From the NCBI RefSeq assembly GCF_006345805.1, contig NW_021825710.1:248001-312000 (forward strand): a DNA stretch of 64,000 nt. Direction: 5' to 3'. Shown here in pieces: positions 13,098 through 26,059 of this stretch. How positions within the stretch are numbered: position 1 is the stretch's first letter; each line of letters starts with the position of its first letter. The DNA is from Octopus sinensis. Its lineage: Eukaryota. The translations under genes and the position numbers were made by a program. The notes below the pieces were generated by a model, which was given only the letters and a program-made list of their open reading frames with translations, was not told where the DNA came from and ran no database searches.

Positions 13098-13281
13098 TCT
13101 TTTACTTGTTTCAGTCATTTGACTGTGGCCATGCCAGAGCACTGCTTTTAGTCAAGGAAATCAACCCAAGGACTTATTCTTTGTAAGCCTAGTACTTATT
13201 CTATCAGTTCTTTTGCCAAACCACTAAGTTATGGGGACGTAAACACACCAGCATCGGTTGTCAAGTGATGTTGGGGGGGGA

Positions 13282-13317
<36 letters not shown>

Positions 13318-13486
13318 TACATAAGATGGGCGTCTTTCAGTTTCTGTCTACCAAATCCACTCACAAGGCTTTTATTAGCCCAAGGCTATAGTAGAAGACA
13401 CTTGCCCAAAGTGCCACGCAATGGGACTGAATCCGGAGCCTTGTGGTTTCTAATCAAGCTACTTACCACATAGCCACTTCTACGCT
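13098..13486 (-). mobile_element. tRNA-derived SINE (family A), near complete
   Basis: Head with A/B-box-like motifs, cttgggcaagtgtcttctactatag-type core, internal (TG)n and tail ...cagtcaaatgactgaaacaagtaaaaga. Homologous to 14760-15140 and 19040-19490. Confidence 0.85.
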
Positions 13487-14344
13487 TATAGATTAGAAAT
13501 TTTATTGTCTTTCTTGAGGCAGTGGTACATTATTTTTCTCTTCTCATGGCCTTTATAGTTACTTGTGGAAGAATGGTTCCAGTTTGGTGTACAAAATGTT
13601 TCCAAGCCTTAGATCTCCCTGGAAAGTGTTTCATATTAAGAGTTTCCCTGCTGGACAAAACATTACCAAAAGTAAATTTATTGTTATTTGTGTTTACACC
13701 TGAAACTATGTGAGTGCATACCATTGATGATAAGATTTCTCTTGACTGAGTTAAAAGGATTGTATTTTCTCTCTGCTTGTGTTATATAGTTTGTGTTATA
13801 ACTAAATTAGTGTTTTTTTTTGTTTTTTTTTTTTCTTGGGTGTCTGACATGAAATGATTATGGCCATTCTTTTTGTCGGTGTCAAAAGAAAAATATAATT
13901 TTGTCTAAATGAAACTCAAATTATATTTTCTACTTTGTCAGCCTCTGTAAAAGGAAGTTCTTAACTATATAAAGTTATCTGTATGCAAGTAATTTTGGTC
14001 AAAACTCTATTTCATCTAGTAAAATCTTTGCTTTGAAGAAAGGTTTGTAAAAAAACATGCCTACTTCATCAGATGATGATGATGATGATGATGATAATCA
14101 CAAAGTATAACAAAATAGTCAATTATGGGGCCTTTAATAGGATTACTTGACCAGTTAGTTTATAATGGAAAACTTTGGGTTTTTGATTTAGTAGTGCTTA
14201 GTTTCAGGTAGTGATCATCCTGCCATTTATTGCTATAGTATCTTACAGTGGAGAGAAATGTGGATTGATTTGGGAGTTTGGTAATCTGTTCCACATGCAT
14301 TGACATCAATGCAGTTGAAACAGATTTCGAAATTATAAATGTAT

Positions 14345-14392
14345 TCCAACCCATGCTAGCATGGAAAGCGGACGTTAAACGATGATGATGAT
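14345..14392 (+). mobile_element. Extremely 5'-truncated RTE tail (~48 bp)
   Basis: ccaacccatgctagcatggaaagcggacgttaaacgatgatgatgat, nearly identical to the 3' end of the RTE at 208-4376. Confidence 0.8.
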
Positions 14393-14759
14393 ACTTTGAA
14401 AAGGACAGGTTCTAGTAATGAAAATCATGGCACACTAAGCCTAACAGCATTAGTCTCAATTATCTATGACCATTTGAGTATGATTTTATATATAAAGAAT
14501 AAGCTGTGGATGACATGTTGCAGATGTACAAATCCTCAAAAAGGATCCAGTTCAACAGCTAGCAATCTCATAATGATGCCTGTTCTTGTAATCTCACCAC
14601 TCTGACGGCCAGTTACTGTAAGATGTTACTGACAATGACTGGAGAGATTGATCTTCTTTATGATGATAGGCTTGATCACTAGATAATTTAGACTTCTGAT
14701 GGTGTAAAGGATGTATTTGCAATTCTTAAAAAAATTAACTCAATAAAATGAGATAATGA

Positions 14760-15140
14760 AAGAGTGTGGTAAGAAGCTTGCTTCCAAACCACATGGTTTC
14801 AGGTTCAGTCCCACTGCATGGTACCTTGGACAAATGTCTTCCACTATAGTCATGGAATGACCAAAGCCTTGAGTGAATTTGGTAGATGGAAACTGAAAGA
14901 ACCCCCTCGTATATATGTGTGTGTGTGTGTCTTTGTGCCTGTGTTTGTCCCCCACTCACTGCTTGACAACTGGTGATGGTGTGTTTACATCTCCATAACT
15001 CTGTAATTCAGCAAAAGAGAATGATAGAATAAGTATTAGGCTTAAAAAAATAAGTCATGGGGTTGATTTGTTTGACTAAAACCCTTCTAGGTAGTGCTCC
15101 AGCATGGCCGCAGTCAAATGCCTGAAACAAGTAAAAGAGA
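14760..15140 (+). mobile_element. SINE family A
   Basis: gtgtggtaagaagcttgcttccaaaccacatggtttcaggttcagtccc head through gcagtcaaatgcctgaaacaagtaaaaga tail. Confidence 0.85.
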
Positions 15141-15687
15141 AAAAGAGTATATGTTTTGTCAATGAAGAAAGATGCTTTCCTTTCCTCTGATTGGTATTTT
15201 ATTACTGAAGTTAAGAAATTTGCTGAACTTTCAAGTTCCTGCTTTTTGCTTTTTAACAGAAATCAGTATACACTGATATAATGAATTCTATCAATGTCTA
15301 TATTTTAATTTAGGCCTGTTTTTATTTTTTTCCCCTCATTCTTCTGGTAGATGAAATTGTATTTCCACACTTTTATAGTCACAAGTAATGATAAATTTCC
15401 ATTGTGTAATATTTCAAAGAATACATTTAATAATGAATTCCTGCCTATTGGATGTATTACCTGTTAGAAGAATATCTGTTACCAACTTTGTGAATGGATT
15501 TAATGTATGATTGAGGCATGAAGAATTATTTTAAATTGTCAAGCAATGTTAGTGTGTTATTATGACAGATTAATGAAAGAACATTATAGTATTCTTTATG
15601 AAACTTTTCAAAGGCACCTGTTTTATGTGGGCAAAATAGAATTTTCCACTTGATTTTACATTGTAACTGACTTATTGCAGAACTTTG

Positions 15688-15867
15688 TTGTGTCTGGGGA
15701 GAGTCATTCTCTTTTAGTGCCTTATTACTTCACACACTCACCAGTTCAATTTCCACTCATTTACTTAGTCATTTTAGAAAAAATAAATAAGTAAATAAGT
15801 GGAAATTGAAGTGGTGAGCGTGTTAAATAATAAAGCACTAAAAGAGAATGTCTCTCCCCAGACACAA
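15688..15867. repeat. Foldback/MITE-like inverted repeat with 80-bp arms and a 20-nt spacer
   Basis: Arm 15688-15767 matches the reverse complement of 15788-15867 at 73 of 80 positions. Confidence 0.9.
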
Positions 15868-16444
15868 TAAAATATGCTTCAACATACGAATTCACATAGA
15901 GTATCTTGCAAACCAAATACAAAAACGAAATTAAAAGTTATTGATCAAGTTAAATTACAACCATGTCAATCTCTTGAAAAAACATGCATGCACGCACATA
16001 AAAGTTTTAAGTCTTACAGGTTGCCACTAAATGTCTACTCTAAAATACTAATTAATAAAAACATAAAAAAATGGGTAAAAATGGAAAATATAGAAAACTG
16101 AAACAATGTACTCAAGATTGTATTTGTATGAATTGTGTATATACAGGATGTTGTTAAAGGGTGTGTTCCAATGAGTTGAGGTGAGTCATGATCATAAAAT
16201 AGTGTGGATTATATAGTGAGTGACACCCATAAGTCAGGCACCAAGAGAGATATAGTGCTGTTGTAATGTGATTGGTTGAAGCATGTGGTGAGTTGTGACC
16301 ATAAAGCACAGGGCAAATATTATATACTTTAAATGAATATAATGTTAAGTGAAGCAAAATGGTTGGAAAGGTGTAAATAAAGCAAAATTAGGACAAAGAA
16401 TTACATAAGGAAAGTTTTATGCATAACACATTTTTATGTATGCA

Positions 16445-16980
16445 AGACACCTCATCACCCTCTCATTTCTCCCTCTGTGGCCCAATGCCTCTTTTTTACC
16501 TTCAATGAACCTCTCCAGATTTCACTCATATTTGCTCTGAAAACACAGGATCCACCTCATCACCATTGCTACTCTGTCCCACTCTTTCTCATTAACACCT
16601 GACACTAATCCCTTCTGCTCTATCCTGCCCCTTCCATACTTACCTCTCCCAACAGTATCAACTCTGTTACTCTCTCCACTACTGCCCTCTCACAACTATA
16701 AATTTGTTCCTCTCATCATACTTTATCTTCTCTCATCATCTTGCCTAACTAATCATTCTACTCTTTTCTCTTTTCAGTGTTCTGTACCATAACCCCACCC
16801 ACTACACTTTGTAAAATAGTTAACATTAAGAAAGGAAACAGCCGTAGAAACCATGCCAAAATTAAAACATTGGAGCACAATGTGGACCTCCAACTCATTG
16901 GATTTTCTTGAACTGTTCAACCCATGCCAACATAGAAAACAGATGTGAAAAATGTATGATGATTATGATGATAATGATAG
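16445..16980 (+). mobile_element. RTE-type 3' tail preceded by a long pyrimidine-rich segment
   Basis: CT-rich 16445-16810, then cagccgtagaaaccatgcc ... caacccatgccaacatagaaaacagatgt and (GAT)n. Confidence 0.6.
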
Positions 16981-18350
16981 TTACATGTACATCAACACAT
17001 ATTCATGCACATGTGAAGTAATATAGCCACCGTCTCTAGGTGTAGCAATGTAGCCACCATCTCAAGGTAAACAGGTTGCAACTGTTTTATATCATGAATG
17101 AATAAAGAAAGAATACGATTTTCAATTTAATTCTATTTTTTATGATTTTCATCTTATGACATTTTACTTCATTTTCTACTTTACAACTTATATTTTTTTA
17201 ATGTATTCTATTTCACTTCACTTTATTTTATAATTTGATTGTATCCCATACATGCCAAACAATTTGCTTTCCATTTTAGGATCATGATTCACCAAATGTT
17301 GCAACTAAGCGAAAAGCCACACTGACAGTAACACTTCACACACAACCAAACAATTTGCTCCTTGGTTTATCAGCATGAGTTTCTACAAGCCTCAAGCAAT
17401 CAGAAAAACCACACCAATAGCATGATTCGCTGCTTTACAATACTGACTCACCAAACAGCTCAAACAATCAGAATTAATAAAGATAGTGTGTGTGTGTGTG
17501 TATGTATATATATATAAATATATATATTGGTAATAAGTTTTTAGAGTATAGTATTCTACCTACAATTCTGATTTCACTCGGAGTGCATCTCTTGCAACAC
17601 TCTGATACTTTAACTATGTTAAGAAAGGAATTTATTAAGTAATTAATAGCTTATAACAATCAAACAAATACTTTTCAGAATAACTTTCATGGATTCTTTA
17701 AAACATATACACAATGTTTTCATGTTAATTTATTTTTTGTCTATATAACTGCTGAGAAAAAATTACAAAATGAAGCCCTCAAAGATATATTAAGCTGCTC
17801 AATGTTATTAGTACATAATGAATTTTTTTCTCATTGTGATTTCTTTTATTCAAACAATCACACCTTATCATACAAATAGTTGAAATATGCTAATGCAGAG
17901 ATCTATGCATTGTCACTCCAACTGCTAGAAATAGCAATTAAATCTCTCTTACATCTTACATTAAGTTCTACACATTGGATTGCAGTCACTGGACCTTTGG
18001 AGAAAAAGTAGGGTGGTTATTGTTGGAATGCATTTGATCATAGGTCTATCTGATCAAGGTTGTATGTGTCTAAACAACAATAACAGTCAAAATTGGCTAA
18101 GTTACTACATAATAAATCTTGGTTATTTGGCATTCCAGGGACAGTTGTGCCAATACATCCATATGTAGCCAGATTGTTGTCTTGGTCAGCCCATTGTAAT
18201 TCTAGTTAAGCATACTTATAAAGTAGGAATTGCTAATGAAATACTGAGAAGCAAAGCAAAGCCACATATGACGACTTAGAAGAGATTAATGTCTAAATAG
18301 GAAATAAACTGATTAGAATGTATACTGGTGAAAATAAAAACAACACTTAC

Positions 18351-18448
18351 CAACACTCAGCAGCATGACCACAGAAGAAAGGTATCTGCATCCAGAGGTT
18401 GTTAGGATCACAGTCCTCACCATTTTCTTCTACACATTCATCAAATGT
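18351..18448 (-). CDS. HS2ST1: HS2ST1 internal coding exon (98 bp; equivalent to vertebrate exon 5)
   Basis: tcttgcag acceptor and gtaagt donor. Encodes TFDECVEENGEDCDPNNLWMQIPFFCGHAAEC(W), matching HS2ST TFDECV...QIPFFCGH. Phase 0 in, phase 2 out. Confidence 0.96.
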
Positions 18449-19039
18449 CTGCAAGAAAGAAGAAATGACCATATCAAAGTAAAGATGATACTGACATTGC
18501 AGTGATGTTAGTACTTTATGGAGAGAGAAGTACAGAAATGTAGACTACACAGGAATTAATAGAAAACAGTATAAAATGGAGATAAGAAATAGAGTCAAGA
18601 CAGGAAAACAAAGTGGTAAAATTCACTGCAGCAGATAGTAGATAATGCGCACATAATGAAATTTGTAACACGTGTGATGTCTAAAATATTCAGAAATAGT
18701 TTAGGAAATACTATAAACACTGGGAAATCAAGTGTAACATTACAAATATAAAACAAACATTTTAAATGTCACATGGAAGTAAATGACAGTCTCAAGTGAA
18801 GAAGCATAGTTAATTAAACCAATCCCTGTATTTGACTTATTTTATCAATCTTCAAATGATTTCACACAGTCAACTTTTGAGGGTTTATTTTATTACTAGC
18901 CAATCTTATTAACATAAATAATGAGAAAGTATTTATACATGTGCATGTACACCACTAACACAGATGAAAGAGCTTTTTTTTTATAAATGAAATAACTAAA
19001 AATAACCAACATAATTATTTATTTGAAATACTGTTGGGA

Positions 19040-19197
19040 TACTGGCATGGTTGCATGATAAGAATCTTGCTTTCCAACCACATGGCTCCAGGTTCAGTCC
19101 CATAGTAAAAGACCTTGGGCAAGTGTCTTTTACTATGGCCCCTGGATGACCAAAACTTTGTGAGTGGATTTGGTAAACAGAAACTGGAAGAAGTCAG

Positions 19198-19239
<42 letters not shown>

Positions 19240-19490
19240 TGTGTGTGTGTGCACATGCATTTGTGTCTGTGTTTGTCCTTCACCACCACTTGATAACTGG
19301 TGTTGGTGTGTTTACATCCCTATCATTTAGTAGCTTGGTAAAAATTGACTGATAGAATAAACACCAGGTTTTAAAAAAAAAAGAAAGGAAAATACTGGGA
19401 TTGATTTGTGATTCATTTAACTAAAATTTCTTGAAGGCAGTGCCCCAGCATGGCTACAGTCTACTGACTGAAACAAGTAAAAAATAAAAG
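19040..19490 (+). mobile_element. SINE family A with internal (TG)n
   Basis: Head, core and tail homologous to the other family A copies. Confidence 0.85.
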
Positions 19491-21430
19491 ATATGTGAAT
19501 GTATATGTATATATTCTAAACAATTTATATTGTATACCCCAACAGATATTTATGCTTCAGATTTTGCTGTCATAGCTGTTATGTTCATGACAATACAACA
19601 TCAGCTCTTTAATATGCTAAACTTAGGTATACTAAAGAATTAAGGGGTTACATAAAGATTGAATGTTATTGAATACAAAAATAAACTGGGTTGCTATTAC
19701 TCTGAAAAAGTGTGGGCTGCCATAAAAAAACCTGCTAGGTTAAATATTATTCTTATTTCCTCACAGAACAATCTGAATTATATGAACATTTATGAAGGTT
19801 TTAGGTATTTACATTTGGATTTTTTTTTTATTCCATTTACAGATGCACTACTTTACAACAATAGCATCAGCTCTGCATTCTACTGACCTCACTGTTATGT
19901 TATACAAAGGAAGTTTACTAAGATTGCTGACTAAGCAATTATAAATCTCAAGAATTTTAAGTATCCAAATCAAACAACAGAATTTTTAAAAATTAATAAA
20001 TAAAAATAAATATTCTTTTACAAAGAATATCATACAAGGAAAAATAATATTTATAAATAAAGCAATAACAAAATTATTAAAAAATCTGTTTATTTAGGAA
20101 TATTTGTATAAACATTAAATGGCTTGAAATGTATAAACTAAAATCAAAAGTGAATTATTACATATCTTAGTATGCATGAAATCTAAGTAGAATATAACAA
20201 AGTTTGACATCTAATTTAAATCACAGTTGTCATGTAGCTATAACATTTATTTAACAGCAAGCAGTCTAAATTTGTCTTAACAAACAAAAGTTGCTTCTGA
20301 TTATTTCAACAGACACAATACCACCAAAACAAGAGAAATTCATTTCAGCTTGGGAAAAGTTGAAACAGTTTGAAAGAAATTCTTAAAATAGACACCTCAC
20401 AGGCCAGATGTATTCATATAAAAAAACAATGTAAAGTTGCTTTCCTTATAACATTCACAGGCCAGCAAACGATCTTGCTGACCTGTTAATTAACATGACA
20501 ATTCAATTAGTGTGTGTGTGTGTGAGAGAGAGAGAGACCAGGTTTTGTGTACTGTGTAAGTGCAATTACAAAATTAAAAATAATGGAACTTGACACTTTA
20601 GATAGAGTAAAATATTTAATTTATGTCTTTGAAGAGACTATGATCAGTTTATATATTGTGTGTTTGTGCAAGCACATGCATGTGCCTGTGTGTTTACTAA
20701 ACTGTCTAGATACACAACATACACAGCAAAAGGAGGGAATGAGTAGAACATTAACACACACATAATTGCAAAGTGAGTTTACTAATAAATTTTATTTGCA
20801 TATTTCAAAATAACCAGTTTTAAACTACCATTACATATTGTAACACTTAAAAACAAGGGGGGACAGGGAGAGAGAGATAAATCAGACACAAGTTCAGCTA
20901 ATCACATCATTTATACCAATTTAACTAGAGGTTAGGTTAACCAATATAATAAGGATATCTTGTAATTTCTCTTTTGTTTGTGAGGAAATGCCAACCAAGT
21001 TTCATTAGAGTTCTCAAAATTTGTTGACTTTAGTATTAACAATATACTACTTAAGTAAGATTTGGCTACAAAAGAATTTGTTGGAATTTTACCAGTAAAA
21101 GAATTATAAATGGTTGAAAATTAAAAATTAATTTGTTTAATTTGTTAATCAAGTACTTTCAAGTTACATTATGCTACAGATGAAACTTGTATAAAAAGTT
21201 ATATTAGAAATATAGATATAGAAAATGAAAACTATGTTCTTAAAAGCTAGGCATTCAACTTGGAAAATTTTCAGTATTTTTAGTATGAATAACTGATAGA
21301 TTCAATCTAAATCTTCAATAGATATTATTTCTCACTGATCACAAAAATTTACAAAATCTTTTTCCTAAATGCCTAAACAAGTTTTCTGAATTCATGAAAT
21401 TGCTATAAAGGAAATATCACATGATCTCCA

Positions 21431-21825
21431 ACTGAGGCGAGAACCTATGGAAGAGGTAGACTCAGTAAGACAAAGGATGAAGTGGTGAAACATGAACTTC
21501 AGATGTTGAGTCTCATGGAGTCTATAACAAGTGATTGAGACCTTTGGCAATTTGCTGTGCTTAAGAACCCTTAAGAAGACAAGTCAAGCCAAGTGAATAT
21601 GTAGTTGTGGTCAGTACCAGTGACACGTAAAAGGCACCTATACCAGTGATACAAAAAAGGCACCCACTATACTCTTGGAGTGGTTGGTGTTAGAAAGGGC
21701 TTCCGGCTGTAGAAACCAAGCCAAACAAAACTGGGGCCAAGTACAGCTCTCCGGTTTACTGGAGAACAGTCAAATCATCTAACGCATGCCAGTATGGAAA
21801 ATGGATGCTAAATGATGATGATGAT
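21431..21825 (+). mobile_element. RTE LINE 3' fragment
   Basis: Degenerate TYGRGRLSKTKDEVVKHELQML C-terminus plus 3' UTR ending in ggatgctaaatgatgatgatgat. Confidence 0.85.
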
Positions 21826-22532
21826 TTGATAATCGTTGTTTATTATTAAATGCTGATGTTACAATGTATGAATATCAAAATGTTTAGGTTCTTTAAATAA
21901 TTAACTGTTATAAAGAAAATTTCCTTTTACTATAATGTTTAGGTGTTTGAAATAACAGAGAATTTTGCTGAACTATTTCATTAAAAAATTTATTTGTAAA
22001 GTGAAAATGATTTGGTCGATCTCTGTCTTGGATTAAAGCAATATGAATGTTATGAATATTTTACTAAGTTTATAGTTCCAATCAAATTAAATATCTTTAA
22101 CATAAGTATAATGCCACCAAATTTATAGGACAAGTGTAGTCAATCATATGGACCTGATTACTTAGGAGTTATTTTATTGATCCTTGAAGGATGAAAGACA
22201 AAGTTAACCCTGATGGAAGTGAATGATAGAAATTGACAACAGTAATTAATATAAATTGACAAGGCATTTTGTCCAGTACTCAACATGTTCTTCCATCCAC
22301 CCAGTAGTGGAATATATTATATTTTTAATGGAAATTGATTGGAAATAAAAATAGAGGCTCTTCAGAATTTTATATTAAACTACTGTTTGTCATTGATAAG
22401 GCCACCACGATTATAATTTTAAGGTAAAAGTTTATTTTCCTGAAAACTGCTTACAAGCACTTAGTTACTTGGAAGATTCAAAATACTTTTAAATTCACTA
22501 TTTCTTTCCTAATGAATAAAAAAATCCACCTA

Positions 22533-24060
22533 CATCATCATCATCATCATTTAGCATCTGTTTTCCATGCTGGCATGGGTTGGGAATTTTGACAGGAGCT
22601 GACCAGGTTCCATATCTGTTTTGGCTTGGTTTCTATGGCTGGATGCCCTTCCTAACACCAACTACTCTACAGAGTGTAATGGGTGCTCTCATGCAGCACT
22701 GGCACAGGTGCATTTACATAGCACCGGTATAGGTGTTTTTTATATGGCACCAGCACCTACAAGCCCATAAGATTAGGAATGCTCAGCTGGTGAAGGATGC
22801 AGAGAACAAGCCAGTATGCAAGGACAACCACACTTTTACTTAGCTTGGCATGTCTTCTCAAGTACAGCAGACTGCCAGGACTCTCAGTCCCCTGTCATCC
22901 CCTCTGTGAGTCCCAACATCTGTAGATCCTTTCTCACCACTTTGTCCCACATCTTCCTGGGTCTACCCATTCCACATGCTTCCTTTGCAATTAGAGATTG
23001 GCACCTCCTGATGTAACTGTCATCATTCTTACTTATTACATGGCTGTACCATTTCAGTTTTCTCTCTTGCACACTACATCTGATGCCTTGTATACCCAGT
23101 TTTTCTCTCAAATTACTCACACTTTGTTGTATATGCACACTAATATTACTCATTAAGCTGAGCATACTGGCTTCATTTCTTTCAAGCCTTCACATATCCT
23201 CAGTAGTCACAGCCCACATCTCACTGCCATGTAGCATAGCAGTTCATTACACAGGCATCATACAATCTGCCTGTCACTCTGAGGGAGAGACCCTTTGTTG
23301 CTAAAAGAGGTAGTAGCTCCCTGAACTTCTCCCAGCCTATTCTTATAGCTATGCTTTCGGAACAACCTACCCACACTACTAACTCGGTCACCTAAGTAAC
23401 AGAAACTGTCTACTACTTCTAAAGATCTCCCTGACATTTGAGGAAGTCTATTTTTTGTACATTCTCTGATACCACTGCACCTCTCATGTGATACCATGAT
23501 ACCACTGCACCTCTCATGTGTTCATAGTTTGCACTAAATACACCACATGGAGTTTCTCCTGACACCTTTTCTACATATCATGCAGTGCCATCTCCCTGAA
23601 GGGATCTGTAATTTGTCTGTTTTTCTACTTATCAAGACTTTGGTTTTTTACTAAATTAACTGTAAGGCCCTTTGATTCCAGTCTGAGGTTCCATACCTGA
23701 AATTTCTTCTCTAGTTCTGGTAGTGATTCAACTATAAGAACAAGGTCATCAACATAGAGAAGCTCCCAAGGGCAGCTACTCTTAAATTCTTTAACTATAG
23801 CTTTGAGAACTATGATAAACAAGAAGTGGCTAAGACTCAATCCCTGATGGTCTTTTACATGTATACTAAACTCCTTGCTATACTCATTGGTGACTCTCAC
23901 CTTCCTGACAGTATCCCTGTACACGGCTTGTACAGCTCTCACCAACCAGTCATCTATCCCTAGCTTCCATATTGCCCTACAGAAAAGGGAGTAGGGGACC
24001 TTGTGAAAGGATTTTTCCATGTCAACAAAAGCCAGATACAGAGGTTTATTTTTGGCCACT
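22533..24060 (-). mobile_element. 5'-truncated RTE LINE (~1.5 kb)
   Basis: ORF pieces 23625-24059 (KPLYLAFVD, WELLYVDD), 23258-23497 and 22884-23165 (GRPRKMWDKVV), with a (GAT)n tail at 22533. Confidence 0.92.
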
Positions 24061-24332
24061 CAACTGGTTACAGATTTCCAAACACCAATCATATTGATAG
24101 TGAAGAGAGAGTATCTGTTACCTCAATGCAGAGCAAATATTGGAAGGCACCTTATACAGAACACATTGGCTTTTCAGCTTTTTCCTTTGCCGATGATATT
24201 TTCTTTAACTGAGGTAAATTGGTGAAGTATATATATGTGCATATACACATACAATCACGGTCAGTTTTTACTGTTTCCACCTACTAAAGTCTATGGTCAG
24301 TCCTACACTAAGGTAAAAAACCACTCAATTAA

Positions 24333-25408
24333 CCCTTTCGTTACCAAACCGCCCAAAACCGCCTGAAAAAAATTTTGGTTAATGAGACAAAACCGCCCAA
24401 AGCCGCCCGAATTTACCTATTCATATTTAAATGAGAATATCAGAGCAAACCTCTTTAGTACATTCGTGAAAACACGTATTATACTTCGTAAACAGTTCAA
24501 CTACAGTTTTGTACAAAAATCGAAGTGTAATTTTAATTCCGTGAATTTTGGGAGATTTTTTTTCGGAAATTTGTTCCTATTGTGTTTTCAAAATTTGTAA
24601 TTCTGACAAAAAATGGATACGAATTTCATTATATCAAGCAGCGAGTCAGAATTCGAAGGATTTTCTACTGAAGACCTTCATAAATCTAACTCTATGACTG
24701 AAAAAAAAAAGCATGTGGTATTTGATAATGAATCTGATGTTTCATTTTCCGAAAGTGAAAACTGTGAATCCGAGATCTTCGACAGCGATAAAGAAAATGA
24801 TTTGGCACCTGAATGGAGTGAAAATTTAAAAACTGTTTCTTTCGGTGATTTTCCTGAAGAAACTGGACCAAGCCACAGACTTTCCCAGAAGAGTAAAGCC
24901 TTAAACTATTTCTTTTTACTTTTTCGAATGAGCCTATTTGAAATCATTATGGCGAAAACAAACCGTTATGCTAAATGTAAACAAAACGATACTTTGTGGT
25001 TTCCCATAACCTTAAATGAAATTAAGACTATTTTGCCATAAATATTATTATGGGTATCAGAAAGTTACCCAGAATAACAAATTCTATCGTAAAATTTTGT
25101 TGTATACCCAATTGAATATTAGCTAATAACCCATTTTCTATAGCGATGTTCGAACAAAATTTGAATAATTTTATATTTTGTTGAATTTACCAGTATCTAC
25201 TTGCAATTAGTCACTTTGTGACAAAAATTATAGTATAGAATTGGTTGAGAATATTTCATTAAATTATCTTCCAAAAATCAGATTAATATATCGATAAATA
25301 AAAAAGTTATAGTTGTTTAATGAAACCAGACTAAATTTATGATTACGTTAGAAATTAATTGAAACAAATAAGGGGTGTAATTTGGTCAGAAATATAGTAA
25401 CGAAAGGG
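24333..25408 (+). mobile_element. piggyBac internal-deletion derivative (1076 bp)
   Basis: Perfect 12-bp TIRs CCCTTTCGTTAC / GTAACGAAAGGG with TTAA duplicated at 24329-24332 and 25409-25412. ORF 24613-25041 encodes an acidic N-terminus and the start of a piggyBac transposase (YFFLLF...KTNRYA...W-x-P-x-TL-x-EIK). Inserted inside a family A SINE. Confidence 0.93.
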
Positions 25409-26059
25409 TTAAGGTAATGTACAGTAGGGGTAGGACTGAACCTGAACCATGTGGTTGCAAAGTAAACTTCTTAACCATAGAGTCATGCCTGTACCTATAT
25501 ATGCTTAGCATTTCACTGCACTTAAATACACTGTTATAAGTCCTACTGGAAGCCTTATAATTACTAATATAATCAATAATTTCCTTCATATTCCAGTAAA
25601 ACAATATTTTATTTTCCTATGTTCATTGAATGAAGTCAAAGGAGAAAAGGTTACACCTTTGCAAAGCCTTGTTGGGATACTGGCATGGCTGCATGATAAG
25701 AATCTTGTCAGGAAAGGTTAGAAGAAACTATGATTCATTCATGGCTTGTTACAGTACAAAGCAGTGGTCTTTCATTAGAATAGAGACCAAATCTAAATGT
25801 TTGCAACAGTGATGCCTTTGCTAAAGATCCCAAAAGCCCAGGTTGTGGTATTAAACAAGGTAACTGGTCCATTGGTAAAGACTTCGTGTTAGGTGGTTCA
25901 ACATAGATCAATCCTTTTTTTTTCATAGTAGTTTAAAACAGGTGACAGATAAGGACACATCAATAGAAGTTGTCTAAGTGACTCTACCTCTTTACGACTA
26001 TCTCAGCAGATGTTGCCAAAGTCACCATGACTTACTCCTTTATTTTCCCTTTTCTCTAT

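Noticed and set aside
23469-23520. 23-bp tandem duplication inside the RTE
   Set aside because: An ordinary post-insertion slippage event.
25735-25926. 63-aa minus-strand ORF (KKKGLIYVEPP...)
   Set aside because: No HS2ST similarity or splice context; looks like degraded repeat sequence.
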